Shown in pieces: positions 20,045 to 29,335 of a DNA stretch of 64,000 nt (positions are counted from its first letter, which is position 1; the number at the start of each line of letters is the position of its first letter). Source of the stretch: an uncultured Granulosicoccaceae bacterium (GTDB lineage: Bacteria > Pseudomonadota > Gammaproteobacteria > CALCKW01); assembly GCA_937925815.1 (NCBI GenBank), contig CALAMQ010000025.1:6354-70353 (forward strand). The letters run 5' to 3'. The notes under the pieces were generated by a model. The model made no database searches. It was not told the DNA's origin and was given only the letters and a program-made list of their open reading frames with translations. Both the position numbers and the translations under genes were made by a program.

Positions 20045-20959
20045 TCAATGGGTGCGCGTGACGCTGAAATCAGCGAGCGCCCGAAGTGCCGGCACGGGTC
20101 GCTCCAGGGCATCGAGCGCTTCGTGGGCCGCGCTGTGTGCGGCTGCGGCCTCGGCGCGCGCACCGTCAACCCCCAGCAGTGAGCAGTAGGTTGGTTTGCC
20201 CTGGGCCGCGTCCGCGCCTTGGCGCTTGCCAAGGGTTTGGGTGTCGGCGGTGACGTCGAGAATGTCGTCTGCAATCTGAAACGCGAGGCCCAGCGCATCG
20301 CTGTAGCGTCGCAGGGTGGCGCGGGTGGCGCCGTCGACACCCGCGGCCAGTGCGCCGAGTGAGACTGCCGCTGTGATCAGTCCCCCGGTTTTTTTGCGGT
20401 GCATGTGTTGCAGCTCTTGCAGCGTAAGCTGGCGCTCGACCGCGGCGAGATCTATTGCCTGCCCGCCCGCCATGCCATCGACGCCGCTGTGCTGCGCGAG
20501 GCAGGCGATCATCGCCAGGCGCGTGCTGTCACTGTTGTGGGAATCGGTTGCGAGCGCGGTGAAGGCGTTGGTTTGCAGCGCGTCACCGGCGAGGATGGCG
20601 GTGGCCTCGTCAAATTTGATGTGGACTGTGGGTTGACCGCGGCGCAAGTCGTCGTCGTCCATCGCCGGCAGATCGTCGTGGACGAGTGAATAGGCGTGGA
20701 TCATTTCTATCGCGGCGGCCGGCGCGTCGAGCGCGAGCGGGTTTGCGCCGAAGCTGTCGCCTGTGGCGTACACCAGCGCTGGGCGCATGCGCTTGCCGCC
20801 GTTGCTGACAGCGTAGTGCATGGCGTCAACCAGCTGAGCCGTGCGGGCATCGTGTTGTGCTAAACGCTCTGCGATTGCGGCGTTGGCGAGCGCGCACCAA
20901 CGTTCCAGTGCGGACGCGAGTGCAAATTCTGGCTCGGTGGCGGTCAGCAAATCAGTCAC
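20045..20959 (-). CDS. ispA: Farnesyl diphosphate synthase
   Basis: GGKRMRP, HDDLPAMDDDDLRRG and FQIADDILD motifs; xseB-ispA-dxs order. Confidence 0.95.
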   Translation of the reverse strand: MTDLLTATEPEFALASALERWCALANAAIAERLAQHDARTAQLVDAMHYAVSNGGKRMRPALVYATGDSFGANPLALDAPAAAIEMIHAYSLVHDDLPAMDDDDLRRGQPTVHIKFDEATAILAGDALQTNAFTALATDSHNSDSTRLAMIACLAQHSGVDGMAGGQAIDLAAVERQLTLQELQHMHRKKTGGLITAAVSLGALAAGVDGATRATLRRYSDALGLAFQIADDILDVTADTQTLGKRQGADAAQGKPTYCSLLGVDGARAEAAAAHSAAHEALDALERPVPALRALADFSVTRTH

Positions 20960-21206
20960 GATCGCTGGGGTCTGTCTGCTCGGTGGGATCCAGATCGGCG
21001 AGTTCGCCGGTGTCGAGCAGTACTTGGACTTTCTGCTCGATGTCAGTCAGTGCGCCGCGGCAGTGTCGCGCAAGGGCAACGCCTTGTTCGAAATCGGCCA
21101 GAGCGCTCTCGAGCGGTTGTTCACCGGATTCGATTTTCTCAACCACTGCTTCGAGTGCGTCGAGTGCGTCCTGGAAGGGCATCGACTTCTTGACCGATTT
21201 ACTCAC
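20952..21206 (-). CDS. xseB: Exodeoxyribonuclease VII small subunit
   Basis: F..AL..LE..V..IESG...LE.AL..FE.GV.L pattern; upstream of ispA. Confidence 0.93.
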   Translation of the reverse strand: MSKSVKKSMPFQDALDALEAVVEKIESGEQPLESALADFEQGVALARHCRGALTDIEQKVQVLLDTGELADLDPTEQTDPSDRD

Positions 21207-21318
21207 GGGTGCGCCTGTGCTGGAAAAATGACGATGGTATCAGCCCGCCGGGTCTGCTGCGATCCCGGTGTCGTGATACAAACACCACACAAAGGCTGTG
21301 CTTGGCAGGTGGCGGTGG

Positions 21319-22836
21319 TCAGCCGTTCGAGTGAGCACACCGCGGCAGCGTGAGACAGGCCGTGGTGCCGTGTTTGGTTGACGTGAGTGTCAGCGAGCCA
21401 CCGAGTAACTTTGCCAGCCGCACACTGATCGGCAGCCCCATGCCCATGCCGTCAGGCTTGGTTGTAAACAGTGGGTCGAACAATCGCCCGGACGCTTCCG
21501 GCTGCAAACCACCGCCGCGGTCTGTGATGTAGATGCCTGCTGTGTCGCAGTCGATGGCAGTGAGTTGAACGTCTATGACCCGCGCACGTGGTGGCTGCGG
21601 CTCATTGGATTCCAGGCGGCCGTGGACTGCCTGAACGGCGTTATCAATTAGGTTTTTGAGAATTTGCTCGACCTTCAGCGGATCGACGTCTGCATACAGC
21701 GCGTTGCGTGCCGAGGCGAAGCGCAGCTCAAAGTCTGCAGGCAACGTGGCTGCGTTGATAAATCGTTCGACCCAAGCGCCGAGCTCGACCCGTTCACCAG
21801 CTGTGGTCGTGCCAGTTGCCATGTCGCGCGACAAGCGCAGCAGGTGGTCGAGGCGCAGGGTGTTTGATTCGACGCGGTACAGCGCCTCTTTAACTGCAGG
21901 TTGTGCGTCCGCGAGCTTAAGCACTAACAGTCTTGAGGCGGCCTGAATCGCGCCCAGCGGGCTTCGTACTTCGTGAATCACGGCGCCGGCTTGGGTGCCA
22001 AGGCGCGCCAGCGCTGTCTGCCCACGCAATTGCTCGCGCAAAGCTGCGTTTTCGGTTTCAAGCTCGGTATACCTTGCCTCGAGAAGGCGGCGTTCGCGTG
22101 CGACCTCGGTTTTGTTTTTTGACAGCGCGCTGGCTAACGCACTGATGCCGCTTGGCGGAGCGTAAAATCGGGTGCGTGGCAGTGTCAACGCGGCGCGCTT
22201 GTGGTCCTGTCTAGTCGGTCCAAAGGCGATAGACAGCGCGTGAAGGTGGCGGCCAAAAAAGTGGTGGTAGAGCAGCGCGACAATTGCTGCCATCGCCAAC
22301 ATGCGTATGAAGTTTGTTAGCAGCCTAGGTCCGATGGACGCGTTGAACCGTTGTTGGAACGCTTTGGCGTCGGTGCGCAGTGTGAGGGTGCCAATCGCCT
22401 GGATGCCATCTTTGGGGCTGTCACCGCTGATGAGTGGAAAGACGGATTCGCGCAAGGGTGCTGTCACCGACACACCCGCAGTGAGTGTGTTTTGGCCCAA
22501 CTGTTCGAGTATGACTTCATCAACGGTCTGCTTCTCGGCAATGATCTCAACCAGCTTTTGGGTGTGGTCTGATTCGCCTTCAATGATGCTGTGGATCAGC
22601 GGCAAAGTGTCGAGGTGCAAAATGGCGTCGTGTTGGGCGCCGATCTCGGCGGTGCTGTCGCGGTACTCGATTACCAGCTCGTAGGCGGTGGTCAGGCAAG
22701 CCAACACGGTGCACGTGATCAAGGCGACAATAAGGGTGTTGGCTGGGCCGCCGCGAAACCTGTTGCGCAGTGATCGCGCTTGGCTTTCGGAGTCCGTGCT
22801 GTGACGCTCGCCGGTTTGTGTTGTAGGCGTCAACAT
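21319..22836 (-). CDS. Membrane sensor histidine kinase
   Basis: Two TM segments; H-box IHEVRSPL, N-box NLIDNA, G1 DRGGG, F-box FDPLFTTK and G2 GMGMGL. Confidence 0.9.
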   Translation of the reverse strand: MLTPTTQTGERHSTDSESQARSLRNRFRGGPANTLIVALITCTVLACLTTAYELVIEYRDSTAEIGAQHDAILHLDTLPLIHSIIEGESDHTQKLVEIIAEKQTVDEVILEQLGQNTLTAGVSVTAPLRESVFPLISGDSPKDGIQAIGTLTLRTDAKAFQQRFNASIGPRLLTNFIRMLAMAAIVALLYHHFFGRHLHALSIAFGPTRQDHKRAALTLPRTRFYAPPSGISALASALSKNKTEVARERRLLEARYTELETENAALREQLRGQTALARLGTQAGAVIHEVRSPLGAIQAASRLLVLKLADAQPAVKEALYRVESNTLRLDHLLRLSRDMATGTTTAGERVELGAWVERFINAATLPADFELRFASARNALYADVDPLKVEQILKNLIDNAVQAVHGRLESNEPQPPRARVIDVQLTAIDCDTAGIYITDRGGGLQPEASGRLFDPLFTTKPDGMGMGLPISVRLAKLLGGSLTLTSTKHGTTACLTLPRCAHSNG

Positions 22837-23043
22837 TGGCAGCTGTGGGCAGCTCTACTGCACGGTTTCGCACGCAACACGGCGGCACTTGTTTGCGCAG
22901 CGTGTACTAGCGGCGCGCGAGCGCGCTTGGTGACGGTTTTAGCGGTCAACGGTTGTTCCTTCAACTGTTGCCGGACTCGGCGCGAGTCGGCTGTCCTATC
23001 TGCAGTCTAGCTGAACCGCCAACCCCAGTCGTTTTGATACCGG

Positions 23044-24405
23044 TCACACGAAGTGATCAATGGCCTCAGACAGGCGGCTGACGCCAACGAGCTCGATACC
23101 CTTTGGTGCCGGTTTTGGCAGATTCCGCAATGGGACAATGGCGCGTTTAAATCCGTGTTTTGCTGCAGTTCTAAGCCGATCAAGACCATTTGGGACGGGT
23201 CTAACTTCGCCTGCGAGGCCAATTTCGCCAAATGCGATAAGGTCCTGCGGCGCGGGTCTGTCACGCAATGATGACAAACAGGCAAGCAACATTGGCAGAT
23301 CGGCTGCGGTCTCTGCGATGCGCACACCACCGACGGCGTTTAGGTAGACGTCTTGGTCGTGCAGAGTGATGCCGCCGTGGCGGTGCATGACCGCGAGCAG
23401 CATCGCCAGCCGCGCGCCGTCAACGCCTACGGCGAGTCTGCGCGGGTTACCTAGGTGACTGTCTTCAACCAGGGCTTGCAGTTCGACCAACAGCGGGCGG
23501 GTGCCCTCCATGACCGACATAATCACAGACCCGGAAACCGGCTCGTCGTGGCGGGACAGGAAAATGGCGGACGGGTTGTTGATGCCGATCAGCCCGGATT
23601 CCTCCATCGCGAAGACGCCGAGTTCGTTGACCGCGCCAAAACGGTTCTTGACTGACCTCACCATGCGCAACCGACTGCCAGCCTCACCCTCGAAATACAA
23701 GACTGTGTCAACCATGTGCTCGAGCACGCGCGGCCCGGCGAGCTGACCTTCTTTGGTGACGTGCCCCACTATCAACAACGCGACGCCGCTTTGCTTGGCG
23801 AATCGCACCAGTTGGGCTGCGCTCTCGCGCACTTGAGCCACCGACCCCGGGGCCGATTGCAGCGCATCGCTGTATATTGTTTGTATTGAGTCAATTACAA
23901 GCGTGGACGGAGTGTGTTTTTGAGCAGTGGCAACGATGCGCTCAACGCAGGTTTCGGCGAGCAACTGCATGTCGTCTGCGGCGAGCGAAAGCCGCATGGC
24001 GCGCAACTTGATCTGTTGCATGGATTCTTCGCCGCTGACATACAAGCCCGGCTGTTGCGCTGAGAGCGCAGCCAGGGTTTGTATCAGCAGAGTTGATTTG
24101 CCAATGCCAGGGTCGCCGCCTAGCAGTGTGACTGAGCCCGGCACAAGGCCGCCGCCGAGCACGCGGTCAAGTTCCCCAATGCCGGTTGGAGTGCGGCTGT
24201 CCTCGCTGTAGGTGACATCCGCCAGGCGGGATATAGCCTGTGCATTGCCCGCATACCCAACCGTGCGTGCGCCGGTGCCAGCTGGTGGCGCGCTCGCGGT
24301 TTCCTCGAGCGTGTTCCAACTCTCACAGTCGGCGCATTGACCAGCCCATTTTGTCGACACCGCGCCGCAAGCCGTGCAGACGTAGCTCGCGCGTGTCTTA
24401 GCCAC
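23044..24405 (-). CDS. radA: DNA repair protein RadA/Sms
   Basis: C4 zinc finger, GDPGIGKS, KNRFG motif and Lon-like C-terminus. Confidence 0.98.
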   Translation of the reverse strand: MAKTRASYVCTACGAVSTKWAGQCADCESWNTLEETASAPPAGTGARTVGYAGNAQAISRLADVTYSEDSRTPTGIGELDRVLGGGLVPGSVTLLGGDPGIGKSTLLIQTLAALSAQQPGLYVSGEESMQQIKLRAMRLSLAADDMQLLAETCVERIVATAQKHTPSTLVIDSIQTIYSDALQSAPGSVAQVRESAAQLVRFAKQSGVALLIVGHVTKEGQLAGPRVLEHMVDTVLYFEGEAGSRLRMVRSVKNRFGAVNELGVFAMEESGLIGINNPSAIFLSRHDEPVSGSVIMSVMEGTRPLLVELQALVEDSHLGNPRRLAVGVDGARLAMLLAVMHRHGGITLHDQDVYLNAVGGVRIAETAADLPMLLACLSSLRDRPAPQDLIAFGEIGLAGEVRPVPNGLDRLRTAAKHGFKRAIVPLRNLPKPAPKGIELVGVSRLSEAIDHFV

Positions 24406-24444
24406 GGATGCGGCCTTTAGGTGTGGCAGCTATGCGCAAACACA

Positions 24445-25749
24445 TCACTGTGATGCAGCGTCGGCGCTGTCGCCGGTGTCCGCAGTCGGTGCGTCCGGCG
24501 CTGGAGACACTCTTGCGGTATCAACGGCGTTGCCGTCGAGCGCCAGAACTTCAATCCCGTTGCCGTCGATCTCAAGTGAGGAGCCAACTTCTGGCAGCGA
24601 CTCGAGGTGTTCGAGGATGACACCGTTGAGCGTTTTGGGGCCATCAGTTGAGACTGACCAGCCGAGCTCACGGTTGAGTGTGCGCACCGGGGTTGCACCG
24701 TCGACCAGGAAGCTGCCGTCTTCTTGCGGCAAGATCTCTGGCGGTGCGGCGTAGGCATCGTCGGTAAATTCGCCGACAATTTCCTGCAAGATGTCTTCGA
24801 CGGTGAGCAGCCCCTGGATGTCACCGTACTCGTCAACCACCAATCCCGAGCGCCGCTTCTCGCGCTGGAAATTCAACAGCTGCACGTTGAGAGGCGTGTT
24901 CTCGGGAATGAAGTACAAGTCTTGAAGCTGGTTTTCCAATCCCGACAGTGTCAGCGTGCCTGAGCGCGCGGGGTTGAACACCTTGCGCAATTGCAGCAGG
25001 CCGACGGCTTGGTCGATGTTCTCGCGAAACACCAGTAGCCGCCCGTGCGGGGAGTTGACGATTTGTTCGAGCATGACATCCCAGGGCTCGTCGAGGTCAA
25101 CGCCTTCGATCTCATTGCGCGGCACCATGACGTCGTTGACGGTGACTTGCTCGAGGTCGAGCACGTTGAGCAACATGTCGACATGGGCTTTGGGGATTTT
25201 CTTGCCTGAATCGGCGAGCACGGTGCGCAGTTCATCGCGGTTGAGTGCGTCTTCGTTCAAGGGTGCTTGGGTCGCGCCAAAGAGCTTGAGCACGACATTG
25301 GCCATCATGTTGACGAGGTAGACCAAGGGGTAGAGCACGCGCAACAGTGGTACGTAGACGTAGGCTGCGATAAAGGCGAGCTTTTCAGGGTGACGTGTGG
25401 CGAGCGTTTTTGGCGCGACCTCGGCGAATATCAGCACCACCAGCGTCATGCCGCCGGTTGCGATTGCGATGCCTGGCTCACCCCAAATATCGAGTGCAAT
25501 TGCGGTGGCAATGGCCGACGCGAGGATGTTGACGAAGTTGTTGCCGAGCAGGATCAGTCCGATCAGACGGTCCGGGCGCTCGAGCAATGACTGTGCCCGT
25601 CGCGCACCGCCGTTGCCCTCTTTGGCAAGGTGGCGCAGACGGTAGCGGTTCAACGTCATGAGGGCTGTCTCAGAGCCTGAAAAGAAGCCTGAGAGTATGA
25701 TGAGCACCAGCAAGAGGCCGGCAAGAAAGCTCAGATGAAATTCGTCCAA
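24445..25749 (-). CDS. HlyC/CorC (CNNM/DUF21-CBS) family transporter, YfjD-like
   Basis: FFSGSETA, ILLGNN, FAEVAPKT, VMVPR and VVDEYG motifs; CorC C-terminal domain. Confidence 0.93.
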   Translation of the reverse strand: MDEFHLSFLAGLLLVLIILSGFFSGSETALMTLNRYRLRHLAKEGNGGARRAQSLLERPDRLIGLILLGNNFVNILASAIATAIALDIWGEPGIAIATGGMTLVVLIFAEVAPKTLATRHPEKLAFIAAYVYVPLLRVLYPLVYLVNMMANVVLKLFGATQAPLNEDALNRDELRTVLADSGKKIPKAHVDMLLNVLDLEQVTVNDVMVPRNEIEGVDLDEPWDVMLEQIVNSPHGRLLVFRENIDQAVGLLQLRKVFNPARSGTLTLSGLENQLQDLYFIPENTPLNVQLLNFQREKRRSGLVVDEYGDIQGLLTVEDILQEIVGEFTDDAYAAPPEILPQEDGSFLVDGATPVRTLNRELGWSVSTDGPKTLNGVILEHLESLPEVGSSLEIDGNGIEVLALDGNAVDTARVSPAPDAPTADTGDSADAASQ

Positions 25750-25846
25750 GTGGGGTTTTGCAACCGCTAAAGCGAGTCACTGTTCTAAGGGTCGAGCTCG
25801 ACGCTGTCAAGTGTCGGTTCACAGTCACGCTGTTCTGTGTGGTCTG

Positions 25847-26632
25847 TCATGTGCCATTGGCGAGAAAGACTTCAAGCACAAGCTTGCTGCCAAAAAAACC
25901 GACAATCAGCAGCACCATGCCTGTCAGCGTCCAGCGCAGTGCGGTCTTGCCACGCCACCCGGCGAGGTGGTGGCCGGCCAGCAGCGCGGCAAATGCAGCC
26001 CACGCGAGCAGAGAAAAAACGGTTTTGTGCGCGACGCGCTGGGCAAACATGTCGTCCAAAAAGGCGAAGCCAGTGACGATTGCGAGCGTTAAAATGGCCA
26101 GCCCAATCGCTAACAGCCTGAACATCAACCGCTCCATTGCGGCGAGCGGCGGCAACCTGCTCGGTCCCGCTCCCGGCGCTTGGCGTAACTGCGCGGTGTG
26201 CCATGCAACCAGACACGCTTGCGCGGCGGCCAGGCAGAGCACGCCGTAGGCGCTGAGCGAGAGCAGTGCGTGCAACCACACGCCAGCGTCGATGTGTGTG
26301 CTGGTGCCAACGCTGACAAACGGCACCACGGCCACGATCAGCGCTGCAGGTGGCAGCACCAACACGCCGAGGCTCTGTACAGGGTTCCGCGCCGCGAGGC
26401 AGAGCAGGATTGCGACCATTGCCCAGGCAGCCAGAGACAGCGCGTTGGTAATGGCGAGGTTGAAGGTGCCAGTGAGCGCGACAGAGCCGGCGTGGGCGGC
26501 GAGTGCAAAGACCGCGGGCAACGCGTGTTGCAGCGGGCGCCTTGTCACGCCTTGGCCGGCCAGGCTGCGCCGGAGGTTAAACGCCGCGCTTAGGTACAGC
26601 GCTGCCGCGAGCAAACCCAGAAAACCGCTCAT
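25847..26632 (-). CDS. ypjD: YpjD / CcsA-like cytochrome c assembly membrane protein
   Basis: LPPL..ME..F, HKTVFS..AW and GWRG motifs; divergent from ffh, upstream of corC. Confidence 0.88.
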   Translation of the reverse strand: MSGFLGLLAAALYLSAAFNLRRSLAGQGVTRRPLQHALPAVFALAAHAGSVALTGTFNLAITNALSLAAWAMVAILLCLAARNPVQSLGVLVLPPAALIVAVVPFVSVGTSTHIDAGVWLHALLSLSAYGVLCLAAAQACLVAWHTAQLRQAPGAGPSRLPPLAAMERLMFRLLAIGLAILTLAIVTGFAFLDDMFAQRVAHKTVFSLLAWAAFAALLAGHHLAGWRGKTALRWTLTGMVLLIVGFFGSKLVLEVFLANGT

Positions 26633-26796
26633 GTGGCAGTGCGCAAGTGGCTCAACCGAGGTCGGCGCCTGGGGGGGCAAACTGTCACGGCATCCACGTC
26701 CACGGGGTGATAGGTTCGCTCTACAGTATACTGGGCAGGCAGCACGGCGCAGAAACGCCACCACCATCCACCCAACGATACACAGCCGGACACCGC

Positions 26797-28191
26797 ATGT
26801 TTGCCAACCTCAGCGAGCGTTTGGGCGCGACGCTTAAGAATCTTCGCGGCCAGGGCCGAATCACAGAGCAAAACGTCAAAGACACGTTGCGAGAAGTGCG
26901 CATGGCGCTGCTCGAGGCGGATGTTGCGCTGCCAGTGGTCAAGCAATTTATCGATCAAGTGCGCGACAAGGCGCTCGGTGTGGAGGTGTTGCAAAGCCTC
27001 ACCCCGGGTCAGGCGCTGGTCAAAGTGGTGCACGACGAATTGGTCGCGGTCATGGGTGCGGAAAACGCCGCTCTCGACCTCAGCCAACAGCCGCCAGCAA
27101 CTGTACTCATGGCGGGTTTGCAGGGGGCGGGTAAGACCACCACAACCGCCAAACTCGCACGCCACTTGGTCGAGCGCGAAAACAAGAAAGTGATGGTGGT
27201 CAGTTGCGATGTCTACCGACCGGCCGCAATCAAGCAGCTTGAAACGTTGGCCAAAGACGTGGGGGTTGCGTTTTTTCCGTCGAGCGCCGACGACAAACCC
27301 GAGGCGATCGCCCGTGCTGCGCTCGACGAGGCACGCCGCCAGCTCGCCGATGTCCTGCTCGTTGACACGGCAGGGCGGCTCGCCATCGACGACGCGATGA
27401 TGGCCGAAATCAAGTCGCTGCACGCCGCGGTGCAACCGGTTGAAACCCTGTTTGTGGTCGATGCCATGACAGGTCAGGACGCGGCCAACACCGCCGCGGC
27501 TTTCGGTGAGGCTCTGCCGCTGACGGGTGTGGTGCTGACCAAAACTGACGGCGACGCACGCGGTGGTGCGGCGTTGAGTGTGCGTACAGTCACCGGTGTG
27601 CCAATCAAGTTTCTCGGTGTCGGTGAGAAGACAGCGGCACTCGAAGCCTTTCACCCCGACCGCGTCGCGTCGCGCATTCTCGGTATGGGAGACGTGGTCT
27701 CTTTGGTCGAGGAAGTCTCGCGCCAAGTGGACATGGACAAGGCCGCAAAGCTTGCGCGCAAGGTCAAGAAAGGCAAGGGCTTTGATCTCGAAGACATGCG
27801 TGATCAGCTGCTGCAATTGCAGAACATGGGGGGCATTGAGTCCATGCTCGACAAATTGCCTGGCATGGATCAACTGCCCGACCACCTGCGTCAAAAGGCG
27901 ATGGACCAAGCGACGGGAGGCGGCGACGTCAAGCGCAACATCGCCATTATCAGTTCGATGACACCGCGTGAAAGGCGCTTTCCAGATCTGATAAAAGGGT
28001 CGCGGCGACGGCGCATTGCCGCTGGGTCCGGCACGCAGGTTCAAGACGTCAACCGCTTGCTCAAGCAGCACCTTCAGATGAGCAAAATGATGAAAAAAAT
28101 GGGTAAAGCCGGCGGCATGAAAAAGATGATGCGCATGATGGGTGGCGCCGGCGGCATGCCGCCAATGCCGCCGGGCATGCCCAAACTCTAA
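26797..28191 (+). CDS. ffh: Signal recognition particle protein
   Basis: GLQGAGKTTT, DTAGR and TKxDGDARGG motifs; Met-rich M domain. Confidence 0.98.
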   Translation: MFANLSERLGATLKNLRGQGRITEQNVKDTLREVRMALLEADVALPVVKQFIDQVRDKALGVEVLQSLTPGQALVKVVHDELVAVMGAENAALDLSQQPPATVLMAGLQGAGKTTTTAKLARHLVERENKKVMVVSCDVYRPAAIKQLETLAKDVGVAFFPSSADDKPEAIARAALDEARRQLADVLLVDTAGRLAIDDAMMAEIKSLHAAVQPVETLFVVDAMTGQDAANTAAAFGEALPLTGVVLTKTDGDARGGAALSVRTVTGVPIKFLGVGEKTAALEAFHPDRVASRILGMGDVVSLVEEVSRQVDMDKAAKLARKVKKGKGFDLEDMRDQLLQLQNMGGIESMLDKLPGMDQLPDHLRQKAMDQATGGGDVKRNIAIISSMTPRERRFPDLIKGSRRRRIAAGSGTQVQDVNRLLKQHLQMSKMMKKMGKAGGMKKMMRMMGGAGGMPPMPPGMPKL

Positions 28192-28401
28192 GGGCCCGAT
28201 GCCGCTCGCGATGGCTCAACCCCGCAGGTTATCGCGAGAGCTGCTTGTAAGGATCGGCGCTGTTGTGTCGGCATTTGCGATTGATTTTGCCCGTTTTGCC
28301 TAAACTTCTGGCAAAGATACGCGTCACAGTCAGGGTATTAACACCAAGCCGAACTGCGGCAAGCTAGGCAAAGTACAAGTCCCAAGTGGGTTGTCAGACA
28401 C

Positions 28402-29268
28402 ATGAAAATACAAGAAATTGCGGCCTTTTCGCGCGGCGAGAGCGGGGGCAGCCCCGCCGGCGTGTGGCTCGGTGAGGCACCGCTTGAGCGCGACCACATG
28501 CAAAGCATTGCAGCTGAAATTGGTCACTCTGAAACGGCATTTGCGGTACCCGAAGGCAACGGCTGGCGAGTTCGCTACTTCTCGCCGTCGATGGAAGTGC
28601 CGTTTTGTGGCCACGCCACCATCGCGCTCGGCGCGGCCTTGGCAATGGCGCACGGCAACGGCGTTTTCCCGCTCGCGCTCAACGACGCTGAGATTGTCGT
28701 CGAGGGCCGGCACAATGCTGGGCAATTGAGTGCGGCGCTGCAATCACCTCCCACCTCTCACCGCGAGCTTGGCGAAGCCCAGCTTATGCGCTACTTGTCA
28801 CTGCTTGGGTACCGGCACGATGACCTCGCACAGGACATGGCGCCGGCGCTGATTCACGCAGGTGCTGATCACTTGCTGCTGCCATTGTCGTCGCGCGCTG
28901 CGCTTTCACGGTTGGACTACGACCTCGACATCGGGGCGCGGATGATGCGTGACGACGGCTTGGTGACGGTCATGTGCGTGGTTGCGATGGATTCGGTGTA
29001 CCACTGCCGTAATGCGTTTGCTGCCGGTGGTGTCAAAGAAGATCCCGCAACTGGGTCTGCGGCCGCGGCATTTGGCGGCTATTTGCGAGACAGCGGGCAG
29101 TCCTCGGCCAACGTGCTCGACATCCGCCAAGGCGATGACATGGGTGTGCCTTCGCAGATTCGAGTTGAATTCAGTGATGTGCCGGGCAGCAGTGTTCGCG
29201 TGTCCGGCGAGGCACGCTTGATGTCAGCGGCGGCTCGCAACGTTGAGGTGTGCGAAGCTGAGGTCTGA
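28402..29268 (+). CDS. PhzF family isomerase
   Basis: SETAF, EVPFCGHAT and EDPATGSA motifs. Confidence 0.92.
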   Translation: MKIQEIAAFSRGESGGSPAGVWLGEAPLERDHMQSIAAEIGHSETAFAVPEGNGWRVRYFSPSMEVPFCGHATIALGAALAMAHGNGVFPLALNDAEIVVEGRHNAGQLSAALQSPPTSHRELGEAQLMRYLSLLGYRHDDLAQDMAPALIHAGADHLLLPLSSRAALSRLDYDLDIGARMMRDDGLVTVMCVVAMDSVYHCRNAFAAGGVKEDPATGSAAAAFGGYLRDSGQSSANVLDIRQGDDMGVPSQIRVEFSDVPGSSVRVSGEARLMSAAARNVEVCEAEV

Positions 29269-29290
29269 GCGCGCCACTGTGGCGCGCTCA
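29266..29290. terminator. Perfect 25-bp inverted repeat between convergent phzF and deaD
   Basis: TGAGCGCGCCAC-T-GTGGCGCGCTCA; no U tract. Confidence 0.45.
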
Positions 29291-29335
29291 TGCGATGCCT
29301 TTACACGCTCTAGATAGACATCTGCCTGCTGGCGT

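Noticed and set aside
26629-28071. 480-aa minus-strand ORF
   Set aside because: Antisense shadow of ffh, expected from high-GC codon bias
28192-28401. GGCAAA motifs suggesting a c-di-GMP riboswitch or SRP RNA after ffh
   Set aside because: No GEMM two-stem architecture and no SRP RNA core (CAGG..GGAA..AGCAG) found
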